A DNA stretch of 64,000 nt from Verrucomicrobiia bacterium (lineage in GTDB: Bacteria > Verrucomicrobiota > Verrucomicrobiia > Limisphaerales > UBA1319). The stretch is from contig OY760937.1 of NCBI GenBank assembly GCA_963664225.1, forward strand, positions 4,544,001-4,608,000, given 5' to 3'. Shown here in pieces: positions 30,501 to 38,124 of this stretch (within the stretch, counting starts at the first letter, position 1; each line of letters begins with the position of its first letter). Made by a program: the position numbers and the translations under genes. The notes below the pieces were generated by a model. It saw only the letters and a program-made list of their open reading frames with translations, did no database searches and had not been told where the DNA came from.

Positions 30501-30698
30501 ACGGCCGCCGCCATGCTGATCGGCATGCTCCCCATGAGCCTGGGTCTCGGTGAAGGCGGAGAACAAAATGCGCCACTGGGACGCGCGGTCATTGGCGGTC
30601 TCTTTGTGGCCACAATCGCAACACTCCTTTTCGTGCCGGTGGTATTCAGCTTCATGCACCGCCGCAGCACCACTCATAACTCTGAAATTTCTCGATAG
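27516..30698 (+). CDS. RND efflux permease (AcrB/AcrD/AcrF family)
   Basis: 1060 aa; GILVDDATVAIENI; RIRPVLMT; PLGRAVIGGL. Confidence 0.95.
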   Translation: MWIVSLALRRPYTFVVAALLLLLVTPFVLLRTPTDIFPSINIPVISIIWQYNGLDAQDVEQRLVYANERALSITVNDIEHVESTSYNGIGIIKVFLQPGASVPAAVAQITAIAQTVLRQMPPGQTPPLIIQYNASTVPILQYGFSSPKMAEQELFDVTANQVRIGLATVRGAVVPWPYGGKMRLVMVDLNLSSLKAKNLAPQDVVTAMNAQNLVLPGGAAKIGSTEYDIGVNGSVVRIEDLNDLPIKVVDGATIRLRDVAQVHDGFNPQLNAVRQDGVRGALLTIMKSGSASTLDVVRQAKASMTRIMNTVTPDLQVKEFADQSLFVRAAVNGVLREGVIAAALTALMILLFLGSWRSTVIIALSIPLSVMASVAVLSALGETINLMTLGGLALAVGILVDDATVAIENIHQHMATGKKLEESILDGAQEIALPAFVSTLCVCIVFVPMFFLTGVAHYLFVPLAEAVVFAMLASYILSRTLVPTLVMWFYRNVRMHGFHEDDSHASVWIRPALRLQRAFETGFERFRHSYRALLAACLARRVFFALGFLGICAASTLLIPLLGEDFFPSVDAGQLLLHVRARTGTRMEETIRLTSQIDAVIRQEIPVSEIRGITDNIGIPNSSINLSYNTSGVIGPGDADVLVSLNKGHAPTEDHVRRLRKVMNREFPGTLFYFLPADIVSQTLNFGLPAPFDIQIVGRDQVNNRRVAGQIVDQIRHIPGAVDVHLHQPSDLPRLNVAVDRAKAAELGLTEQNVASSILLSLSGSGQVSPSYWMDQRFGVQYLINTRVPDYAMNSIETFKSTPIGGGISGASSGQILDNLATVTRGSGPPVFSHYNVAPVIDIFGGVDGRDLGAVLHDIEPIIKKATNDLSRGNSIVLRGQADTMHSSYIGLGVGLVMAIALIYLLLVVNFQSWLDPFIIITALPGALAGVLWGLFLSQTTLCVPALMGAIMSMGVATANSVLVVSFARDNLRRGMSPVAAALDAGAGRIRPVLMTAAAMLIGMLPMSLGLGEGGEQNAPLGRAVIGGLFVATIATLLFVPVVFSFMHRRSTTHNSEISR

Positions 30699-30703
30699 CA
30701 CCT

Positions 30704-31912
30704 ATGGAAACGAACGAATCAAAATCTTCCCTTCGTAAGTTGAACTCCGACACAGTCGGCGCGCTTCCTGAAACGCCACCCATCCGGCTCAGCCGCTTTG
30801 CGCTGATTGTTGGCATCCTTATTTTAATCGGACTGGTGGTGGGGCTCTGGCCCCGCTTGCTCGCGCGCCGCGCGCTGGCTGCAGAGTCCAGGGATGAGTC
30901 CGGAACCTCGGTGGCGGTGGTTCTGCCTGTTCCGGGCAAGTCCGGTCTCGGGACGCCTCTTTCCGCAGAGGTTAGAGCCTTTGTCGAAGCGCCCATTTAC
31001 GCTCGCGCCAGCGGTTATTTAAAGCGGTGGCTGGTGGATATTGGAGATCAGGTCAAGGCCGGGGACCTGCTGGCGGAAATCGATACGCCAGAAATCGACC
31101 AGCAATTATCGCAAGCTAAAGCCGAGCTGGCGCAGTCTGAAGCGACGTTGGAACTGGCCAAAACCACCGCAGCGCGCTGGACCGAACTGCTCAAAACCTC
31201 AAGCGTCAGCGAACAGGAAGCCGCTGAAAAACAGGCCGATCTGGCATTGAAAATCGCAACTGTGGATGCCGTACGCGCCAATCTTCATCGGCTCGAGGAT
31301 TTGAAGCGTTTTGCCAGTGTCACCGCGCCCTTTGATGGGGCCATCACTGCCCGCCAGACGGATGTTGGCCAGTTGATCACCGCGGGCAGCGGCAAGGAAC
31401 TATTCCACCTGGCGCAAACCAACCCTTTGCGTGTGTATGTGCGTGTGCCCCAAACCTACTCCCATTCCATCAAAACAGGGCAGAAGGGCGAGCTGGTTCT
31501 CGATGAACTGCCTGGTCGTAAATTCGAAGCCCGCGTGGTGCGTTCCGCAGGTGCGATGGAACCCGGGTCACGAACACTGCTGGTCGAATTGCAGGTGGAT
31601 AATTCCAAAGGCGAACTCCTCGCCGGTGGTTACGCTCAGGTTCGGTTCGCAGACGCTAGTGAGGCACCGATACTGACTCTGCCTTCCATCACGCTGCTCT
31701 TTCGCGCCGAAGGAATTCAGGCAGGTGTTGTTGGAAGCGATAACAAAGTCGGCTTACGCACGCTTAAACTCGGGCGGGACTTCGGCCAGACCATCGAAAT
31801 ACTTGGAGGCATCGACCCCGGTGACCGGGTGATTGTAAACCCACCTGATTCGCTGGCCAACGGTCAGGTCGTGCGCGTGGTTGAACCTGTGAAAAGTGTC
31901 GCGGCAAAGTGA
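30704..31912 (+). CDS. RND periplasmic adaptor (membrane fusion protein)
   Basis: N-terminal TM; IYARASGYL, VDIGDQVKAGDLLAEID, TAPFDG. Confidence 0.92.
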   Translation: METNESKSSLRKLNSDTVGALPETPPIRLSRFALIVGILILIGLVVGLWPRLLARRALAAESRDESGTSVAVVLPVPGKSGLGTPLSAEVRAFVEAPIYARASGYLKRWLVDIGDQVKAGDLLAEIDTPEIDQQLSQAKAELAQSEATLELAKTTAARWTELLKTSSVSEQEAAEKQADLALKIATVDAVRANLHRLEDLKRFASVTAPFDGAITARQTDVGQLITAGSGKELFHLAQTNPLRVYVRVPQTYSHSIKTGQKGELVLDELPGRKFEARVVRSAGAMEPGSRTLLVELQVDNSKGELLAGGYAQVRFADASEAPILTLPSITLLFRAEGIQAGVVGSDNKVGLRTLKLGRDFGQTIEILGGIDPGDRVIVNPPDSLANGQVVRVVEPVKSVAAK

Positions 31913-33461
31913 AGTCATGGATGATATGTCGAATCCAGATCTTATTTCCGATGGCGAATCACCTTTGAACACAGGGGGAATCCAATCTTCAAAGGTTTTC
32001 TGCGCGAAGGTTCTCCTGGTCACGCTCGTGTCTCCAGCCCTTCTGGCCGGATGCGCCGTTGGGCCGAATTATTCCCGACCCACTGCATTGGGCACAAACG
32101 CCATGCCGGCGGCATTCACCGGCGCCACCTCGACAAACACCGGGCAATGGAAGCTGGCCCAGCCATCTGCCAATCTGCCGCGCGGATCGTGGTGGGATGT
32201 TTTTGGTGATCCCGATTTAAATCGTCTCGAAAATCAAGCCACAACCAATAACCAGCAACTCGCCGCCGCCCTGGCCAATTTCCAGCAGGCGCGAGCCCTG
32301 GTTAATATTTCAAGCGCGGGCTATTTTCCCCAACTTTCAGCCACGCCAGGCTTCAACCGCCAGCGCACCAGCGCCAACCAGTTTTCACGCGGTACGGGGA
32401 CCGGATCGAGTTCCACCTATAGTACCTTTAGCGTCCCGCTCGATGCGAGTTGGGAACTCGATTTGTGGGGGCGCGTGCGCCGTGCCGTTGAAGGGAGTCG
32501 CGCTCGAATGGCTGCAGTCGAAGATGATTTGGAATCACTAAAGCTTGCGATTCAGGCGGAGGTCGCGATCGATTACTTCACATTGCGGTCCCAGGATGCC
32601 CAGTATCGGTTGCTTAAAGAGACCGCGGTCACCTACAGCAGGTCGCTTGAACTGACTCAAAACCGGCGCGCGGGCGGTATTGCCACCGACCTGGATGTTT
32701 CCCAGGCCGAAACGCAGCTTCGGGCCGCGGAGGCCCAGATTCCCGCTGTGGATCTGCAACGCACTAATCTTCGCCACGCCCTGGCGACTCTCTGTGGCGA
32801 GCCAGCCACACACTTTGAACTTGGCGAAACGACGAATTCGGTCAATGTGCTCAGTTTTCCTGCAGAGCTTCCGAGTGAACTTCTCGAGCATCGACCGGAT
32901 ATTGCGGCTGCTGAACGCAGGATGGCTGCGGCGAACGCGGATGTCGGAGTGGCCTACTCTGCATTCTTTCCAAGTATCACGCTTAGTGGATTGGCCGGCT
33001 TTCAATCGATTAGCGCCAGCAGCCTTTTCAACTGGGACAGCCGCCTTTGGTCTGTCGGACCTTCGTTATCGCTGCCATTGTTTACTGGTGGTCGCAACCG
33101 CGCCCAATTGGCCGTAACCCGGGCGGCTTATGATGCCACCGTGGCGAACTATCGGCAGACCGTGCTGAGCGCCTTCCAGGACGTGGAAGATCAACTAGCG
33201 GCGCAGAGACTTTTGAAGCAGCAATATGATGCCGAAAATGCAGCGCTCAAAGCGGCCAAACGAACGCTGGAGATATCCTTGAGCCGTTACAAAGGCGGTG
33301 TCATCACTTACCTCGAAGTCGCGACCGCCCAGAGCATGGCGCTCGCTCACGAGCAAACCGTGGTCCAATTGAACGCGGCAAGATTCAATGCCAGCGTTTC
33401 CTTAATCAAGGCCTTGGGAGCCGGATGGACTGCCCAATCAGGATCTCACTCCCAGCACTGA
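31896..33461 (+). CDS. Outer-membrane efflux lipoprotein (NodT/OprM family)
   Basis: Lipobox LAGC + AVGPNY; SWELDLWG; LPSELLEHRPDIAAAER; LIKALGAGW. True start probably downstream. Confidence 0.92.
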   Translation: MSRQSEVMDDMSNPDLISDGESPLNTGGIQSSKVFCAKVLLVTLVSPALLAGCAVGPNYSRPTALGTNAMPAAFTGATSTNTGQWKLAQPSANLPRGSWWDVFGDPDLNRLENQATTNNQQLAAALANFQQARALVNISSAGYFPQLSATPGFNRQRTSANQFSRGTGTGSSSTYSTFSVPLDASWELDLWGRVRRAVEGSRARMAAVEDDLESLKLAIQAEVAIDYFTLRSQDAQYRLLKETAVTYSRSLELTQNRRAGGIATDLDVSQAETQLRAAEAQIPAVDLQRTNLRHALATLCGEPATHFELGETTNSVNVLSFPAELPSELLEHRPDIAAAERRMAAANADVGVAYSAFFPSITLSGLAGFQSISASSLFNWDSRLWSVGPSLSLPLFTGGRNRAQLAVTRAAYDATVANYRQTVLSAFQDVEDQLAAQRLLKQQYDAENAALKAAKRTLEISLSRYKGGVITYLEVATAQSMALAHEQTVVQLNAARFNASVSLIKALGAGWTAQSGSHSQH

Positions 33462-33520
33462 AGTTCAGTTCCGCTGATGGACGTCGGTCGTTCGTGGTTC
33501 TCAACTCCTTATTGCAAAAG

Positions 33521-33560
33521 TTGTCAAAGCTCTTGACAATACGTTTTAAGTTTATTAATT
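33521..33560 (+). promoter_or_regulatory. 7-5-7 palindrome overlapping a TTGACA -35 upstream of the GH78 gene
   Basis: ttgtcaa-agctc-ttgacaa (33521-33539), AT-rich -10 region (tattaat), GTG start at 33570. Confidence 0.55.
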
Positions 33561-33569
33561 CCCGGTGCT

Positions 33570-36356
33570 GTGAAGTTCACATCTCTTTCTTTGGCATTGG
33601 CCTGTCTGGTTTCGGTGATGGCGGGAATTGAAGCGCAAGCCGCCATCGTCGTTCAGGACCTGCGCTGCGAGTATCGCGCGAACCCGCTGGGCATTGACAA
33701 TTCCCAACCCCGCCTGGGCTGGGTTTTGGAGGCGGATCGGCGTGGGGAAAACCAGACGGCCTACCAGGTGCTGGTTGCCTCCACTGCCGCAAAGCTCGCC
33801 AGCGGCAATGCCGACCTCTGGGACAGCGGCAAGGTGGTCTCGCCGGAGTCAGTGAAGGTGGTCTATTCCGGGAAGCCGCTCAGTTCCGGGCAGTGCGTCT
33901 GGTGGAAGGTTCGGGTTTGGGGAAACGACGATCACGCGTCCCATTACAGCAAACCGGCTTCGATTGAAACCGGGTTGCTGTCGCCAATCGATTGGCACGC
34001 ACAGTGGATTCAGCGCAAATCCGCCGGTCCGTTGACCGAGGCTCAGATGTTCGCAGACCAACCCGCGCCAATTTTTCGCAAGGATTTCGTCCTCGACAAG
34101 AAAATCAAACGGGCGCGCGCCTACGCGAGCGGCCTGGGTTATTACGAGTTGCGGCTCAACGGCAATCGTGTTGGGGATCATGTGCTCGATCCTGGTTGGA
34201 CGAGTTACTCCAAACGGGTTCTCTATTCGACGTATGACGTGACAGCACAGCTAAAGCGTGGGCGTAATGCGATGGGCTTGATGCTGGGCAATGGCTGGTT
34301 TAATCCGCTGCCGTTGCGCATGTGGGGTCACATCAATCCTCGTGAGGCTTTGACCATCGGTGAACCGCGCGCCATTGTTCAGCTTGTGGTTGAATATGCG
34401 GATGGCACCAAGGCCACCATTGTCACCGATCCAAGCTGGCGCGTGAGCGATGGTCCGATCCTGCGAAACAGCGTCTATCTTGGAGAGGTCTATGACGCCC
34501 GGCGCGAGCAGCCAGGATGGGATGCGGCTGGGTTTGACGATTCACGATGGGAACCTGCTGAGCTTGCCGGTGAACCCACAGTTGGTCCTTTGCGCGCACA
34601 GGACGCACCGCCGATACGTATCACGCGCACCCTCAAGGCCGTGAAGATTGGCGAGCCGAAACCCGGAGTGTATATCTTCGATTTTGGCCAAAACTTTGCC
34701 GGATGGGCGCGATTAAGGGTGAAAGGTCCGGCTGGGACTCATGTGCGCCTCCGCTCAGGCGAACTCATTTATCCCGATGGCACCTTGAATGGAATGACCG
34801 CAGTATGCGGTCAAATCAAGGGCGGTGGCACCAATTACGTCCATGAAGGGGAAGGGGAGCCCAAGACCGCTTTTCAAGTGGATGAATATACTCTGAAGGG
34901 TAAGGGGACTGAAATATTCACGCCTCGATTCACCTTCCACGGATTTCGATATGTCGAGGTCACCGGTTTTCCGGGCAAGCCGGCATTGGATTCGCTCGAA
35001 GGTTTGCGATTGAACACGGACGTCGCCAGCGCCGGGACCTTCGAGTGTTCCAACGAGATGTTCAACCGGATTCAACGCATGGTGCTATGGACTGAATTAA
35101 GCAACCTGTTCAGCGTTCAATCGGATTGTCCCCACCGCGAGAAATATGGTTACGGAGGCGATATTGTGGCCTCCAGCGAGATGGGCATGCTGAACTTCGA
35201 CATGTCGGGCTTTTACTCGAAGGCGGCGCAGGATCTGATGGATGCGGTGCGCCCCAATGGTGGTTTTACAGAGACCTCGCCCTTTGTGGGCATCAGCGAT
35301 GAGGGATTGGGTGATAAATCAGGTCCCATTGGATGGGGCACCGCGCAACCACTCCTTCTGGCCCAGCTCCGCCAATACTATGGGGATGATCGGCCGCTGC
35401 GCGAGCAATACGAAGCCACCAAACGTTGGGTGGCGCTGCTGCGCTCCCTGGCGAAAGACGGCATACTTGACAACGGTATCAGTGATCACGAAAGCCTGGT
35501 TCCGAAACCGCGCGCGCTTTCGGGCACGGCGTTTTATTACTTTAACGTGAAGCTCTTGGCGCAACTGGCCGCCGCACTGGGAAAGGACGCCGACGCCCAG
35601 GAGGCCGCCACGCTTGCTGAAGAAATCAAAACTGCGTTCAACCAGAAATTCCTGGCAAAGGGCACGGGCCGTTATGATGCCGCCACTCAAGCTTGTCAGG
35701 CGTTTGCACTCTACCACGGTCTGGTTCCGGCCAACGAACAATCTCGCGCATTGGACGTGCTCGTCGCTGATATTGCCAGCCATGGGGATCATCTGACCAC
35801 AGGCATCTTTGGCACCAAGTATATGCTCGACGTGCTCACAGACGCGGGACGCGCAGACGTGGCGTATCGCATCGTAAATCAGACTACTTTTCCGGGCTGG
35901 GGCTACATGCTGGAACAGGGTGCCACCACGCTCTGGGAACACTGGGAATTCAGCGACAACACCTTTTCGCACAATCATCCGATGTTTGGTTCCGTGAGCG
36001 AATGGTTTTACAAGGCTCTGGCCGGAATCCTGCATGCCCCCGATGCCGTGGGTTTCGACAAGATACTGATCAAGCCGCAACCGGTGGGCGATCTAAAATG
36101 GGCGCGCGCAAGCCATGACACGGTGCGCGGCAGGGTTTCGAGCGCATGGGATAAGACGAATGGCAAATTCAAATTGAGCATTGCGATCCCAGCCAACACC
36201 CTCGCAGAGGTGCATGTGCCGGCGCGGGACGTTTCACATGTGACCGAAGGTCGCAAAGCTGCCGCCAGCGCGCGCGGGGTCAAGTTCCTGCGAATGGAAG
36301 GAAACGCCGCTGTCTTTGCCGTGGGCTCGGGTCACTACGAATTCGTGGCTGAGTGA
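33570..36356 (+). CDS. GH78 alpha-L-rhamnosidase, secreted
   Basis: LRCEYRANPLGID, DFGQNFAGW, FTFHGFRYVEV, SDCPHREK, GATTLWEHW, SHNHPMFG. Confidence 0.93.
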   Translation: MKFTSLSLALACLVSVMAGIEAQAAIVVQDLRCEYRANPLGIDNSQPRLGWVLEADRRGENQTAYQVLVASTAAKLASGNADLWDSGKVVSPESVKVVYSGKPLSSGQCVWWKVRVWGNDDHASHYSKPASIETGLLSPIDWHAQWIQRKSAGPLTEAQMFADQPAPIFRKDFVLDKKIKRARAYASGLGYYELRLNGNRVGDHVLDPGWTSYSKRVLYSTYDVTAQLKRGRNAMGLMLGNGWFNPLPLRMWGHINPREALTIGEPRAIVQLVVEYADGTKATIVTDPSWRVSDGPILRNSVYLGEVYDARREQPGWDAAGFDDSRWEPAELAGEPTVGPLRAQDAPPIRITRTLKAVKIGEPKPGVYIFDFGQNFAGWARLRVKGPAGTHVRLRSGELIYPDGTLNGMTAVCGQIKGGGTNYVHEGEGEPKTAFQVDEYTLKGKGTEIFTPRFTFHGFRYVEVTGFPGKPALDSLEGLRLNTDVASAGTFECSNEMFNRIQRMVLWTELSNLFSVQSDCPHREKYGYGGDIVASSEMGMLNFDMSGFYSKAAQDLMDAVRPNGGFTETSPFVGISDEGLGDKSGPIGWGTAQPLLLAQLRQYYGDDRPLREQYEATKRWVALLRSLAKDGILDNGISDHESLVPKPRALSGTAFYYFNVKLLAQLAAALGKDADAQEAATLAEEIKTAFNQKFLAKGTGRYDAATQACQAFALYHGLVPANEQSRALDVLVADIASHGDHLTTGIFGTKYMLDVLTDAGRADVAYRIVNQTTFPGWGYMLEQGATTLWEHWEFSDNTFSHNHPMFGSVSEWFYKALAGILHAPDAVGFDKILIKPQPVGDLKWARASHDTVRGRVSSAWDKTNGKFKLSIAIPANTLAEVHVPARDVSHVTEGRKAAASARGVKFLRMEGNAAVFAVGSGHYEFVAE

Positions 36357-36437
36357 GTTGCTTAACGGGACGTGTTGTGAATTCGCATGGGTGAGTTATG
36401 GTCTTGAATACATTCACGATTGTGGTAAAAATCTGCC

Positions 36438-38087
36438 ATGACAATCCCATCGACGCCAGCATCTGAGACTATCTCTGGAGACAGTGGTCAACCACAGCCG
36501 AAGACCCCTCCGGACGGGACCGCCAAACCGCTGCGCGTGGCCATTCTATATAAACGCAACACGGAGCCCGACGAATCCCTGATGCGGTGGCTGGAGGAAA
36601 ATCTGACTCGAAACGGCCAGACGGTGTTTATTGACCGTCAACTCGAAATGGGTGTGGATTGGGCCCGCGAAATCGAAAAACAAATTCGCGAGTCCGACGC
36701 CATCATTCCCTTGCTCTCTGCGGAATCGATTCGCAGTGAAATGATGGGCTTTGAGATTGAACATGCCCATGAGACCGCCCAAAGCCAATACGGCCGTCCG
36801 CGCCTCCTGCCGGTGCGGGTGGATTATACCGGTCCGCTGCCCGAACCGCTCGGCGGCATCCTGGAGCCCATACAATATTATTTATGGCAGGGAAACCAGG
36901 ACCATGAAGGCCTGCTGTCAGAATTATTCGATGCCTTGCGCCACTTGCCGTCGGCTGAACCAGTCACTTTCCCGCTTCCCGAAAAAGGTCATCGCCTGAC
37001 GCCGTTGCCCCCGCCACCGGCCAAAGCCGCCGGGTCCGAGCCGACACCCCATCTCTGGGTGACGCCCCTTGCGCTCGAATCCGTCGGCGGGGCGGTTCCC
37101 TTGGAATCGAAGTATTATGTCAAACGAGCGGTCGATACGGAAATGCAGAACGCCCTGTCCCATCGCGACAGCATCGTTTTAATCAAGGGCGCCCGCCAGA
37201 TGGGCAAGACATCGCTGCTTGCCCGGGGACTGCAATTCGCGCGCGAATCCGGCGCGAGGACGGCGTTCATCGATTGTCAGAAGCTGAGCGCCTTTAATCT
37301 GGATAATATCAATAATTTTTACATGACCCTAGCGGAATCGCTTGCGGATCAATTGGATCTGCCGGTTTTGCCGTCCGAGGCCTGGGATCCCCGGCGGGGA
37401 CCCAACATTAATTTTGAACGGTACGTTCGCCGCGAAGTGCTGGGTCGGCTGCAGGCGCCGCTGGTCTGGGGATTGGACGAAGTGGATCGGTTGTTCCCCT
37501 GTTCGTTTGGCAGCGAGGTCTTTGGCCTTTTTCGGTCCTGGCATAACGAGCGGGCTTTGGACCCGACCGGTCCGTGGGCCGGGCTGACGCTGGCGATCGC
37601 TTACGCCACCGAGGCGCACCTGTTCATCACCGACATGAATCAATCGCCGTTCAACGTGGGCACCCGCCTGGCCTTGGATGATTTTCTGCCTGTGCAAATT
37701 GACGAATTGAATCGCCGATATGGGAATCCGCTCAAGAATTCGGAGGAGTTAAACCGGTTTGCCCGCCTGGTCGGAGGCCATCCCTATCTGGTCCGCCGCG
37801 GTTTGCATGAGTTCGCCTTGAACAAAACAAGCATGGATACCTTCGAAACCATGGCTCCGCGCGACGAAGGGATTTACGGAGATCATCTGCGCCGCATTCT
37901 GGTGTTGCTGGCCAAGGACCCGGTATTGATGGAGGTCGTGCGTGGAATCCTGCACGAAAAACCGTGCCCTACGCCGGAGAGCTTCTATCGGTTGCGCAGC
38001 GCCGGTGTGGTGGCCGGCAATTCGCCTTCGGATGCGCGTCCACGCTGTCGGCTCTACGCCATGTACCTGCGGCGCCACCTCCTATGA
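36438..38087 (+). CDS. TIR domain + AAA_35/STAND-like P-loop NTPase
   Basis: TIR_2-like motifs (VAILYKR, VFID..LEMGVDW..EIE, IIPLLS.ES..SE...FEIEHA, LLPVRV); Pro-rich linker; Walker A GARQMGKT; Walker [22 protein letters not shown]. Confidence 0.85.
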   Translation: MTIPSTPASETISGDSGQPQPKTPPDGTAKPLRVAILYKRNTEPDESLMRWLEENLTRNGQTVFIDRQLEMGVDWAREIEKQIRESDAIIPLLSAESIRSEMMGFEIEHAHETAQSQYGRPRLLPVRVDYTGPLPEPLGGILEPIQYYLWQGNQDHEGLLSELFDALRHLPSAEPVTFPLPEKGHRLTPLPPPPAKAAGSEPTPHLWVTPLALESVGGAVPLESKYYVKRAVDTEMQNALSHRDSIVLIKGARQMGKTSLLARGLQFARESGARTAFIDCQKLSAFNLDNINNFYMTLAESLADQLDLPVLPSEAWDPRRGPNINFERYVRREVLGRLQAPLVWGLDEVDRLFPCSFGSEVFGLFRSWHNERALDPTGPWAGLTLAIAYATEAHLFITDMNQSPFNVGTRLALDDFLPVQIDELNRRYGNPLKNSEELNRFARLVGGHPYLVRRGLHEFALNKTSMDTFETMAPRDEGIYGDHLRRILVLLAKDPVLMEVVRGILHEKPCPTPESFYRLRSAGVVAGNSPSDARPRCRLYAMYLRRHLL

Positions 38088-38124
38088 TTGAGAACGGCCA
38101 GTTGCCGGTTTCTTTGCTTTGCAC

